Virus record (IMG/VR): IMGVR_UViG_3300011434_000012
Span: 1-41,188 of that record
DNA length: 41,188 nt
DNA from: a virus
Lineage: Duplodnaviria; Caudoviricetes
Strand: one strand, 5' to 3'
This document shows, in pieces, positions 26,047 to 34,785 of this stretch. The notes beneath the pieces were generated by a model. It was not told the origin of the DNA. It was given only the letters and a program-made list of their open reading frames with translations, and did not search any database. Within the stretch, counting starts at the first letter, position 1; the number at the start of each line of letters is the position of its first letter. A program made the translations under genes and the position numbers.

Positions 26047-26994
26047 TTAGGCGTTCTGCCTGCGTATTTCTTCTTCCCTACGCCGCTTCCACTCGGACGA
26101 ACTCAGTTTGTCGCTCGATGGAGCGGACGCACTGATCTTCGCTGACTGGGCTCTGCTGCCGACTTGAGCGGGCGGGCTTGCGCCCTGCGCTGCTGCGGCA
26201 GTCTTTGCGGCGGCGGCTGCTTTCGCAGCCTTCTCTTGAAGCTCTCGGCCGATACGTGCGTCGTTCAGCAGTCGGTGTAGTCGCGGGTCGGTGGTCCCAG
26301 CGATTTCAGCCGCTGAGAATCCGTAGGTCGCGACGCCGAAGGTCTGCATCTTCGTCGCCAGTTCAGGCGAATAGCCAGGAATGTCGCGAGCAAGGCTTTC
26401 AGCCAGCTTCGTCTTCCGAGTGGCGGTTTCCGCTTCGGAGGCGCGCTGTGCTTCGGTGACCTTTTCGGACAACTCGCGCGACGCCTTCGCGTGCGCTGCC
26501 CTCAACTGCTGCTCCTGAATGCGGGTCAGCTCGTACTGTTCGCGGTTGCTGAGGCAGAGGGATGCCCAGTCCACGTTCTCGAATTGCGACAGTGCGTCTT
26601 CGAGCGCCGATACACGGCCGGCGATGCGGAAGTGTGCCTCGCGCGCGGCGGCTTGCTGCTGGAGCGATGCGCCTTGCTCCTCCAGTGCATTTCGCTGCTG
26701 CTGGAGCGATGCGCCTTGCTCCTCCAGTGCATTTCGCTGCTCGGCGACTTCCTGCGTCTTGCGCGTGTAGTCGGCCTGCATCAGGAACGCGCTCTTGAGC
26801 GCTTTCGGGATGCGATGCTTTACGCCGTCATGCTCGATTTCGTCGGTATCGTCGGTCTCGGTTTGGGCGTCTTCGCCTTCCGTCCCGACTGCCTCTGTCT
26901 CAAGCTCTGTGGCGTCAGTGGCCAGTTCCGTGTTGGCATCGGCCTGAGGATTGGACTCAGCGCCGACGCCAGGATTGTTGGCATCGGTAGTCAT
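26047..26994 (-). CDS. scaffolding protein
   Basis: Acidic N-terminus, MQADYTRKTQEVAE motif, coiled coil; between portal and capsid. Confidence 0.88.
   Translation of the reverse strand: MTTDANNPGVGAESNPQADANTELATDATELETEAVGTEGEDAQTETDDTDEIEHDGVKHRIPKALKSAFLMQADYTRKTQEVAEQRNALEEQGASLQQQRNALEEQGASLQQQAAAREAHFRIAGRVSALEDALSQFENVDWASLCLSNREQYELTRIQEQQLRAAHAKASRELSEKVTEAQRASEAETATRKTKLAESLARDIPGYSPELATKMQTFGVATYGFSAAEIAGTTDPRLHRLLNDARIGRELQEKAAKAAAAAKTAAAAQGASPPAQVGSRAQSAKISASAPSSDKLSSSEWKRRREEEIRRQNA
26654..26741. repeat. perfect 42-bp tandem duplication in the scaffold gene
   Basis: 26654-26695 = 26696-26737; encodes RNALEEQGASLQQQ twice. Confidence 0.95.
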
Positions 26995-27085
26995 TGGTTC
27001 CTTTCGTGTGGGTGATATTAAGAGATACTTTGGCGCGGTTGGTCCAGATTGCTACTCTGTGTCCACTTACGACCGCGCCAAACCG

Positions 27086-27199
27086 TCACCAAAACAGCCA
27101 GTACGACACGCCGGATACTGCGGCGATGCCGGCAAACATGATGAGCATGACGGTCGCTTGGCTCTTGCCCTTCAGCGGGCCGGATTTGAAATCTCTCAC
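27086..27199 (-). CDS. 37-aa single-TM protein
   Basis: GTGA overlap with the portal stop; hydrophobic C-terminus. Confidence 0.5.
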   Translation of the reverse strand: MRDFKSGPLKGKSQATVMLIMFAGIAAVSGVSYWLFW

Positions 27200-29097
27200 T
27201 GCATCGCTCCTTGGCTTGTCGGAATGCCGCCTGTCACGGCGCGTATCTGTTGCTCTTTCAGTTTCCATACGACCTCCATGCGCTTGGTCTCGGCTTCGTA
27301 GGCCTTCACCTGAAGCTCTTGCTGCTTGATCTGGGTGTCCACCTGAGCGGCTTGGGCAGCCCCCGGATCGCCACCAGTGGCCGCCGCCGCGAGCTGCTTC
27401 AGTTCCTCGCCAATTTCATCGGCTTCAGGCCAGTCGCTGTTCTTCGCGAGGCGCGGGCCAATGACGGGCGCTGCCGCAGGCATGGCGCGGAGCAGTTCGG
27501 TCATGCCGAGCACGGACTCTTCGCGGCGGGTCGTGAAGCTCGGGCCGGTTTCGACCGTGAGATCGTATTTGCCGACGCCGAGGTCATAGATGCGCGTGAG
27601 TGGGGCGCCCGTGTTCGGGTCCATTTGCTGCTGGCCATCCGGTCCCATAACGGGCTGCGGCGTTCCAAGCGGGACTGTCGTCGCTGCATTGTCCTGGCCG
27701 AGCACGCGGACGATGCGTTCTCCTGTGTACACCTTTGGGATGAGATCGATGAGAATTCGTCCGGCGTGCTCGATTGCTCTCGACAGGTTGTCGATGAAAT
27801 GGAATGTCGAAGTGTCGCCCTCGCGTTGGCGGGCCATGATGGCCTTGCCGCTCGTCTCATTCGATTGCGCGCCCAGAGAGGCGTCGAACAGGCCAATCGT
27901 GGCCTTGATGTCGTCGGCCGAGGTCAGGGCCTCTTGGAACCAGCCTGACGGCACGCCGGGGAATGGTTGCCTCTGTGGCGGCACGTTGCCGTCGTATTCG
28001 ATATAGGCGTGGGCATCCACGTTGGCCGTTTCCCACTTGGCCTGATCGGTCAGGAACGCACCTTTAGGGCCAAGGAACGGCGTGATGGGCGCGAGGGCGA
28101 TCGTCTCAGTCGCCTTCGTGCGGGCGAAATTGTACGACCTCTGCGCATCGATCGCGCGATGCACGAGCGCGCGGAAATAGCGCTTCCCCTCCACGTTGAT
28201 CTCGTGGCCGTAGACGGGGACGAGCGGGATGTACTGGCCGGCCCAATCGTTCTCCTCCAACACCTCGGCGCCAGTGAGGAGTATCTGCGTAACATTCTGG
28301 GATTTGATTTCGCGCCGTGACACAACCTCGACACCTAGCGCGTCGAGCTGAGGTTTATTCCTCTCGTAAACGTCCTCGGCCATGACCTGCTGATCGGACA
28401 GCAGAAGGATTTTCTTCTTGACCTTCTCTCGCCTCCACCATTCGGCGATCATGACCTGTTCGCCGTCGAGCCAAGGATCCTTCAGGCCCGTATATCCGTC
28501 ACCTAGCCAATCGACCGCTTCGGCGCCCTTATAGCGCTTCGCGAACTCTGCCTTGGTGATGCGGTCCACAACGAACGCGCTGTTCCAGTCCGCGCTATCG
28601 GCCGCCGTGCTGTACGGATCGCCGTAGACGCTGAATGGGTTGGCGATGCGGTCGAGGATGAGGTCAAGATCGAACGTGTCGTCGCAGGCGTACTTCGTGC
28701 CGATGCGGAAATAGCCAAAGCCGCCCGCCGTCGCGTGCTCCAGTGCCGTGTCGTACGCGACGGGAGCTTTGCTCGAAACTTCGATATGGCGGATCAGACC
28801 GTTGTAGATTTGCGCGGTCGCAACGTCAGCCTTGCTATCGGCCGGATGGCACTTGATCGCAGGCTTGTTCTGCCGCGCGTCGTTGACGACTTGCGCGATG
28901 TAGGTTCCGAGCTTGTTGTAGACGTGGCACGGGAGTCCGAGCTTCTTGCGCATGGCGACGAGATCTGTGGGCCACTGCTCGTCAAGGAGCGCAAAGCGTA
29001 TGTCCTCCAGCGCCGTCTTGCGGTTTTCGTCTTCGTGCTCGGCCGCGAGATCGAAAGCCTCTTGGGCTTCCCGCAGGACTTCATCATCCTTGCTCAA
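27196..29097 (-). CDS. portal protein (P22-like)
   Basis: QW...N.ARQNKP.IK...NETSGKAIMARQREGD...YDLTVETGPSFTTRREE. Confidence 0.93.
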   Translation of the reverse strand: MSKDDEVLREAQEAFDLAAEHEDENRKTALEDIRFALLDEQWPTDLVAMRKKLGLPCHVYNKLGTYIAQVVNDARQNKPAIKCHPADSKADVATAQIYNGLIRHIEVSSKAPVAYDTALEHATAGGFGYFRIGTKYACDDTFDLDLILDRIANPFSVYGDPYSTAADSADWNSAFVVDRITKAEFAKRYKGAEAVDWLGDGYTGLKDPWLDGEQVMIAEWWRREKVKKKILLLSDQQVMAEDVYERNKPQLDALGVEVVSRREIKSQNVTQILLTGAEVLEENDWAGQYIPLVPVYGHEINVEGKRYFRALVHRAIDAQRSYNFARTKATETIALAPITPFLGPKGAFLTDQAKWETANVDAHAYIEYDGNVPPQRQPFPGVPSGWFQEALTSADDIKATIGLFDASLGAQSNETSGKAIMARQREGDTSTFHFIDNLSRAIEHAGRILIDLIPKVYTGERIVRVLGQDNAATTVPLGTPQPVMGPDGQQQMDPNTGAPLTRIYDLGVGKYDLTVETGPSFTTRREESVLGMTELLRAMPAAAPVIGPRLAKNSDWPEADEIGEELKQLAAAATGGDPGAAQAAQVDTQIKQQELQVKAYEAETKRMEVVWKLKEQQIRAVTGGIPTSQGAMQ

Positions 29098-29231
29098 TTG
29101 AACGCCCTGTGGACCGCGAGCAACGTGACACCGATGGTCAGGACTATGCCGATGATGACCCCAGTGAGGAATTCCACGTAGCGCTCCGCCTGTTGCGTCG
29201 TGACGCCGAATGATGACGGGTTGAACTTCAT
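29094..29231 (-). CDS. 45-aa single-TM protein
   Basis: MKFNPSSFGVTTQQAERYVEFLTGVIIGIVLTIGVTLLAVHRAFN; stop overlaps the portal start. Confidence 0.55.
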   Translation of the reverse strand: MKFNPSSFGVTTQQAERYVEFLTGVIIGIVLTIGVTLLAVHRAFN

Positions 29232-29234
29232 GGT

Positions 29235-29390
29235 TCAGAACCGAAACTTGAGTTCAACGCGCGCGTAAAACTTCACAAGCTCGCCATGAGCTACTTCCCA
29301 CTCAACATTTGTCACGGGGTGCCAAATCTCCGTGCGCTCTACAGGGCCGCTCTGGAAATAGAGCAGGCACGACAGAACCAAACCATTCAT
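29235..29390 (-). CDS. 51-aa hypothetical protein
   Basis: ATG two nt after the TerL stop, GGAG upstream. Confidence 0.5.
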   Translation of the reverse strand: MNGLVLSCLLYFQSGPVERTEIWHPVTNVEWEVAHGELVKFYARVELKFRF

Positions 29391-29392
29391 AC

Positions 29393-30688
29393 TCAACTCC
29401 AAAAACCAGGGCTGCGTGGCGGCTTCGGTTTCGGCTTCTGGTCCGGGCCTTCGTAAACGATGCACATAAGCCCAAACGCATCGGCCGCGTGCGACGACCA
29501 GTCATGCTCTGGGCCGAGACCGACGTTGCGTTCCTCGTGGCGCCTCTCGTGGTAGTAGCCGAGAGCGTCGATACCGGACTGCACCGCAGGTGTATCGTTG
29601 AACTGCACGATCCCGAACAGCCGGCGCGCGGCCTCAATCCGCATCATTGCCGCGCCCCGCCCCTGGTTTGGGACAACCGTGACGTTCCGGAATCCGGCGT
29701 CCTTCAGGTGGTCGCTGTAACGCTTGCCAGTGACGTTGTTCTCGTTGACGCCGTCATGCGGCAGGAAGGCGTCAATCTGCTCAGGCGGTATCCGCCCAGT
29801 CTTGCGGAGTTCGTTGATGTAGAAGGCTAGGACTTGCCCTACGCCCTCGATGTAGTCGAGGACGCGGATTTCACGCCCGACGAACTGGACGATCCAGATA
29901 GACATGGCATCGGCGGTCGCGCCGCTTCCGCCAAGATCGAAGAACGCCCGAATGGGTAGGAGCGGATCAGCAGCAACCTTTCCGACGCGGCCCTGCGCTC
30001 TGGCGTCAGCAAGCTGCCGAGCAAAGTAGGCACCCTCCATGGCACGGGCATAGTCACCCTCCCAGATGTGAGCGTAGCGATCGGGATAGAGCTTGAAGTC
30101 TAGTTGGCGCTCGGCTTCGAGGACTTCGGGAAACCACGGATTGTCGCGCCAATTGGCCTGGACGACGACGGCTCCGGCCGGATGCTTCGTACGCAGGAAG
30201 TCGTCAACCGCATCGGTCTTGCGGCGCGGGTTCCAGCTCGCCCAGATCTCCGAGCCCTGAGCGCGGATGGTAGGACGAAGCAACGCGAGAGACCGCTGCG
30301 ATAGCGTTTGCGCCTCTTCCACGTAGGCGCGCTTGTAATCCTCAAGCGACTTGATCGATTCCGCCGTGTGGTCCTGCATTCCCTGAAAGATGATTGCGCC
30401 ATCGCCTGGCGTCTCGATCACTTCGCGAAACACACGGAATTCACTGCCGACGTTGAGCGCCCTGATCTTGTCCTCGATCAGCAGCTTGGACGATTGCCCG
30501 AGTGTCTTCTGGACTTCGCGGATGCAAACTGCACGCATCCCGCGTTCTGCGAGACACGTCTCCACCATTAGCTCGGCGAAGAAATGCGACTTACCGGAAC
30601 CGCGCCCTCCGTGTGCGCCTTTGTATCTCGCCGGCTCAAGGAGCGGGCGGAATACTCTCGCCGTTTCCAGGCGGATGAGCTGGGTCAA
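29393..30688 (-). CDS. terL: terminase large subunit (PBSX-like)
   Basis: Walker A GGRGSGKS, Walker B YVEEA, SWNP, nuclease FDLG...HD...SHAADA. Confidence 0.96.
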   Translation of the reverse strand: MTQLIRLETARVFRPLLEPARYKGAHGGRGSGKSHFFAELMVETCLAERGMRAVCIREVQKTLGQSSKLLIEDKIRALNVGSEFRVFREVIETPGDGAIIFQGMQDHTAESIKSLEDYKRAYVEEAQTLSQRSLALLRPTIRAQGSEIWASWNPRRKTDAVDDFLRTKHPAGAVVVQANWRDNPWFPEVLEAERQLDFKLYPDRYAHIWEGDYARAMEGAYFARQLADARAQGRVGKVAADPLLPIRAFFDLGGSGATADAMSIWIVQFVGREIRVLDYIEGVGQVLAFYINELRKTGRIPPEQIDAFLPHDGVNENNVTGKRYSDHLKDAGFRNVTVVPNQGRGAAMMRIEAARRLFGIVQFNDTPAVQSGIDALGYYHERRHEERNVGLGPEHDWSSHAADAFGLMCIVYEGPDQKPKPKPPRSPGFWS

Positions 30689-30923
30689 TAATCACACGCT
30701 CTAGGCGGATGGCAACGGGGCCGCCGTTTTCGCCCGTGACTTGCATGGGCAGAATGCGGCCGATGAGCGAGAGAAACGCGTTTGGCGAATTAAGCGCGCG
30801 GGCCTTGAGGTATTCGACACCACCGGACTCATCGAGTGCCTGAAGGATCATATCCTTGACGGCGCCGCTCGTTTTGTTCGGGACGCCCTTAATGCGCCCG
30901 CCCGTTTTCTTGCCTTTCGCCAT
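30636..30923 (-). CDS. terS: terminase small subunit
   Basis: GKKTGGRIKGVPNKT...GGVEYL...AFLSLIGRILP..VTGENGGP; upstream of terL. Confidence 0.8.
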   Translation of the reverse strand: MAKGKKTGGRIKGVPNKTSGAVKDMILQALDESGGVEYLKARALNSPNAFLSLIGRILPMQVTGENGGPVAIRLERVIIDPAHPPGNGESIPPAP

Positions 30924-30967
30924 CTACTTCTGTCTACTTTTCTGCACTGCGCTAGGCGCTTGGTGCG

Positions 30968-31201
30968 TTAAGCGGCGTGCGGACGCTGGCCTCTTGGTTC
31001 GAACATCTGTGGATGATGATAGGCTAGCGCACTACTCAGGCGGCGCGCGGCCATCTTGAGTTGCGTGAACGTCTTGGCCTGGTAGAGATCGCGGACGCAG
31101 CGCTCAACGGATGCGCCATAAATTGAGCCATGAGCGCGCGGTAACGGACGGTGCGCATCTAGCCAACGCTGAGCTGCCTCAATCGAGGAGAACTCAAGCA
31201 C
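30968..31201 (-). CDS. hypothetical protein
   Basis: Overlapping chain at the start of the late operon. Confidence 0.5.
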   Translation of the reverse strand: MLEFSSIEAAQRWLDAHRPLPRAHGSIYGASVERCVRDLYQAKTFTQLKMAARRLSSALAYHHPQMFEPRGQRPHAA

Positions 31202-31379
31202 GGTAGATTAGCTCGTCTATGGCCTTCTGCCACTTCTCGATGGCATCGGCGCGAGCGCCTATGACAACGTTCTCCTCGGTTTCCGTCTGCTGCCGTGCAT
31301 CCATCCCGGTGAGCGCATCGATCACGTATTCTGGCGGATCGCGCAAATTCTTGAGAAACGAGCGGAACTGGTCGTTCAT
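31194..31379 (-). CDS. hypothetical protein
   Basis: GAGGA RBS. Confidence 0.6.
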   Translation of the reverse strand: MNDQFRSFLKNLRDPPEYVIDALTGMDARQQTETEENVVIGARADAIEKWQKAIDELIYRA

Positions 31380-31388
31380 GGTGATTCC

Positions 31389-31637
31389 TCACGCGACATC
31401 ATGCGGGTCGCAGCGCCACGGAGCGTCATGCTCCGGTTTCAGTAGTGGTGTTTCAGTGATCGCGAAAGCTGGGTGTGGCGCGGTGCGGAACTCTTCAATG
31501 AGGCCGCACTGCCACTCGTAGCCATTACCCCAGACGATTGGGATAGCCTCATGTGTCAGTCTTGCAGTTCCATCACCAACGCGCTCGTAGCGCCTGACGG
31601 TCCCCGTGGCGCGACAGAGGGTAGCGAGTGCATGCAT
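31389..31637 (-). CDS. hypothetical protein
   Basis: First ORF after the late leader. Confidence 0.5.
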   Translation of the reverse strand: MHALATLCRATGTVRRYERVGDGTARLTHEAIPIVWGNGYEWQCGLIEEFRTAPHPAFAITETPLLKPEHDAPWRCDPHDVA

Positions 31638-31784
31638 GGTTCTTTACCGGATCACAAGTCTCTGAGCGGATCGGGAACCACGTTCCACGAGTGTTGTATG
31701 GCGAGCGCGATTGGTAGAGGCCGCAACGGCGGCAATGCCGACGATTGCGGATCGTTTCAAAATTGTGTTTCACTGGGGGCCCAA

Positions 31785-31879
31785 AAACGAAAATCGCCCG
31801 CCGAGTTTCCTCGCGAGCGCTCTTATCCACACTATGGACTTTCAGCACGAAAAATCGTGCAATCGTAACCAAACGTCAA
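31785..31879 (-). promoter_or_regulatory. putative late promoter and leader terminator (pR'/tR'-like)
   Basis: Minus-strand TTGACG at 31879-31874; hairpin CGCTCGC-GAG-GAAA-CTC-G-GCGGGCG then ATTTTCGTTTTT. Confidence 0.55.
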
Positions 31880-32304
31880 GCTGCTATTTTTGCACTCTTT
31901 TGCACACCCGACAGAAGAACGTCGAGCGCTACCTGTCGCTTGGAGAATGCCGTGCGCTTACTCATCCTTACACCCTCGCGACGAAGGCACGCGATGCACT
32001 CTGGCATCCTCAGGCCAGAGCCGTACGAGAGCCATAGCAGCTTCGCACCGATCGGGTAGAGCTTGAGGAACTGAGCCATCCAACCGAGCAACTCCTCGGC
32101 GCGATCGATCTCGGCCGGCGATGCGGTAGCAAGACGAACCTCGACTGAGCCGTATCCGTAGGATTCCGCCGCGTCACGGACGAATTGCGGCCATATGGTC
32201 ATTTGAGCGACGCGAAATTTGCGGTCAGGATCTGGGAGCCGGCGATAGGTTTCGAAGGCTTCACCGATGCGGGAAATCAGTTCGTCACGGGTCATGGCGC
32301 TCAT
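31876..32304 (-). CDS. late-gene regulator/antiterminator Q-like (DUF6362-like)
   Basis: EAFETYRRLPD...WP...SPAEIDRAEE...W motif; last early gene before the late leader. Confidence 0.65.
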   Translation of the reverse strand: MSAMTRDELISRIGEAFETYRRLPDPDRKFRVAQMTIWPQFVRDAAESYGYGSVEVRLATASPAEIDRAEELLGWMAQFLKLYPIGAKLLWLSYGSGLRMPECIACLRREGVRMSKRTAFSKRQVALDVLLSGVQKSAKIAA

Positions 32305-32617
32305 CCCTAATCGATTTAAGCCCTGCTGCTCTCAGCACCTCAGCGGCCCGCTCGGGTGTGATGTACTGGCCGCCGTCGTCCCTGGGGATCGCGGCGTATG
32401 TCCGGCCGCGTGGTGCGTCGTAGGGGTTTTTCATCAGCTCTAGCAGTTGCCCCGAGGTTGGGAAGTAAGCGGCTGAACTCGTCCGCCAACGCTTGCACGC
32501 ATGCGCAATTTGCGGCTCAGATTTTCCGGCCAGGTCCTCGCACATCTGGCGCAGCAGGGCCTTCCGCTGGCCGTCCCCCAGATCCTTCGAGAAGTACCAT
32601 GACCCCAGAGCTGTCAT
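32285..32617 (-). CDS. replication protein (P-like/helicase-loader position); start may lie further upstream
   Basis: AC.RWR....YFPT.GQL motif; overlaps the end of the initiator gene. Confidence 0.65.
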   Translation of the reverse strand: MTALGSWYFSKDLGDGQRKALLRQMCEDLAGKSEPQIAHACKRWRTSSAAYFPTSGQLLELMKNPYDAPRGRTYAAIPRDDGGQYITPERAAEVLRAAGLKSIRDERHDP

Positions 32618-33413
32618 GTGGGTGAGAATCTCTGGCGCTGTCGCCGGCCTCGAATTCTGCAATGAGCTCGGCTGCGATTCGTGCGGTTTGCCTGTGGGGG
32701 GATTCGTGTCTTCCACTGCTACGCTCCACTCGGTTGAATTGCAGGGCGTTACCGACCCATGTGCGCCACGCGGCGGCCCAATCGGCCATCGTCTTACCGT
32801 GCGCGGTGTGATGCGCGCGGAACTGCTCGGCTTGCTCACGGACGGAATGCGCGAGGTCCAGACGCTGCTTCGAGGTCCAGAAGGCCTGCGCTCGGCGTTG
32901 GGCTTCTTCGTCTGGGAAGCCATCGGGTATTCTGGTGCGTGATTTAACGACGCGCGGTTTTTGAACGCGCGGTGTATCCATAAGAACGACTCTATCCGTA
33001 TCTTCTTTCTTCTCTTCTCTTATCTTCTCTTCTCTAGGAGCGTTACCGTGTTTCAACGTGTTGCGTTGTGTTTCACGCCAATGTCTCACGCGTTGCGTTG
33101 ACTTATCCTCCCGTACTGGATTGCGTTTTTCCCAACCCATGAGCTTTCCGTTTTTGACGACTACGCCCTCCATGGCCTTCAAAATCTCCTGAACGTCGGC
33201 CGGTTCTAGCTCGTATGTTGCGGCAACCTCGTCGTAACGGTTTTGTGCGTTACACTGTGTTTCACCGCGTTTCATCGTGTTTCGCGAAGCGTCAACTAGG
33301 ATATAGACGTAAACCGCGACAACATCGGGAATGCACTGCCCAGACCGTTTGGCGATTACGCGCCATTTAGGGTCTGTCGGCACCTCATGATAGAGACGCA
33401 CCCAATCCATCAA
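32517..33413 (-). CDS. replication initiator (O-like)
   Basis: WVRLYHEVPTDPKW N-terminus, REEKIREEKK linker, F..HH...G....DW.AAWRTW C-terminus. Confidence 0.8.
   Translation of the reverse strand: MMDWVRLYHEVPTDPKWRVIAKRSGQCIPDVVAVYVYILVDASRNTMKRGETQCNAQNRYDEVAATYELEPADVQEILKAMEGVVVKNGKLMGWEKRNPVREDKSTQRVRHWRETQRNTLKHGNAPREEKIREEKKEDTDRVVLMDTPRVQKPRVVKSRTRIPDGFPDEEAQRRAQAFWTSKQRLDLAHSVREQAEQFRAHHTAHGKTMADWAAAWRTWVGNALQFNRVERSSGRHESPHRQTARIAAELIAEFEAGDSARDSHPHDSSGVMVLLEGSGGRPAEGPAAPDVRGPGRKI
33001..33285. other. probable replication origin inside the initiator gene
   Basis: Clustered GAAACAC/AACGC iteron-like repeats on the minus strand plus a strand-asymmetric pyrimidine run at 33001-33035. 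Confidence 0.5.
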
Positions 33414-33905
33414 TCACTCCTCCTTGCCGACATATGGGATCAGTGATGGTTTGCTGGGTGCGGCCTCATACGGAACCTGTGACACCACCGGCATTGCGAA
33501 TTTCGGCCCATATACAGGTTGGTGCGTGAGGGCGTGGTGGATAGAGGTGTGGTCGCGCTTCAGGGCCTTGCCGATCGCAGGCATCGAATACCGGCGCCAA
33601 CGTAGGACGCGGATGACAAGCCAGCGCGCCCAGACATCGTTCGCGAGCTTACTCTTGCTCATGATGTCATCCGTGGTCGTCTCACCAAGTATGGCCGCAG
33701 CCTCACAAACCTGGAGCACGACGCGATCTGGCGGGCGGAGGCGGCAAATGCGGTGTGTCCCCATGCGGTGGGCCTGGCCCTCAACGCTCCCGTAGGAGCG
33801 CCCGAGGGCGGCTGCAATTTCGCCATAGGACATGGTTTTGAAGTTCTTGCGCAGAAAGTCGCGCTCCGCGTCTGACCATCGCCGCTTCTTAACTTCAGCG
33901 CCCAT
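33414..33905 (-). CDS. GcrA-like N-terminal HTH fused to a DnaA domain IV-like HTH
   Basis: WSDAERDFLRK...SYGEIAAALGRSYGSVEGQAHRMG and AR...YSMPAIGKALKRDHTSIHHAL. Confidence 0.75.
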   Translation of the reverse strand: MGAEVKKRRWSDAERDFLRKNFKTMSYGEIAAALGRSYGSVEGQAHRMGTHRICRLRPPDRVVLQVCEAAAILGETTTDDIMSKSKLANDVWARWLVIRVLRWRRYSMPAIGKALKRDHTSIHHALTHQPVYGPKFAMPVVSQVPYEAAPSKPSLIPYVGKEE

Positions 33906-34785
33906 CGAACAGTGTTGCCGATGTGGCCTCGGCGTCCTGAAGAAACTTTGCCGCTTGGCGGAAGTACGATTCCTTCAGTTCGATACCTATAAACTTGCGG
34001 CCGGCTTTGAGCGATACGACACCCTCAGATCCGATGCCGGCGAAAGGAGATAGGACCGTATCACCAGGATTTGAGCCAAGCCGGATCACACGCTCAATCA
34101 CATCGAGCTGGAGCGGACAGATATGTTTCTCATCCTTGTTGTCCCGTGCGGCCGTGACGTTCAGGACGTTGGTCTGGTTGATGTCCAACCAGACCGGGCT
34201 TGCCCACTCTTGCCACTGCGAGACGGGAAATTTCGCCGCGTCCTGCGGTACTGGGTCGCTATCGTCCTCGCTCGCGGGCGTTTTACGAAAGACCATCAAA
34301 TAATCTGGCATTCCAGTGCGTGAGCGCGTGCTGTCCTTCTGGAGTTGTTTGTAGAGCAGACCGAGCGCCTTCGTGCGCGTCATCTCGACAACGGGACATT
34401 TCCAGATCGTGACGCGGTATGCATATTGCCAGCCTTCATTTTCGTGGCACTTGCGAATATCGGCAGGGAAGTCGTACAGCCCAATCGCATCGTGCATGGA
34501 CTTGGTGCGCGGCAGATCAGAGCAGTGTACAGCGCACAGTCTGCCCGGCTTCGTCACACGGTAGAGCTCACGCGCAACATGCTGGTAGAGACGGAAGAAC
34601 TCGGCATCATCGGCCACGTTCCCCATGTCGCGCTCACTTGAGCTGTATACGAATAGCTGAGAGAACGGTGGGGAGAACACGCTCAGCCCGATGGTGTTGT
34701 CGGGGATGTTCTGCAACACTTCTACGGTATCGGCATTATAGAGCGCGTAGGTTTCGCGAATGTCGCTATTCAAGCACTCGATCAT
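33895..34785 (-). CDS. beta-class N4/N6 DNA methyltransferase
   Basis: SPPF (motif IV) before VLSPFAGIGS (motif I); KHICPLQL. Confidence 0.9.
   Translation of the reverse strand: MIECLNSDIRETYALYNADTVEVLQNIPDNTIGLSVFSPPFSQLFVYSSSERDMGNVADDAEFFRLYQHVARELYRVTKPGRLCAVHCSDLPRTKSMHDAIGLYDFPADIRKCHENEGWQYAYRVTIWKCPVVEMTRTKALGLLYKQLQKDSTRSRTGMPDYLMVFRKTPASEDDSDPVPQDAAKFPVSQWQEWASPVWLDINQTNVLNVTAARDNKDEKHICPLQLDVIERVIRLGSNPGDTVLSPFAGIGSEGVVSLKAGRKFIGIELKESYFRQAAKFLQDAEATSATLFDGR

Noticed and set aside
33895-34785. CcrM ortholog completing the cell-cycle set
   Set aside because: The catalytic motif is SPPF rather than CcrM's DPPY, and the protein resembles helicase-linked phage MTases
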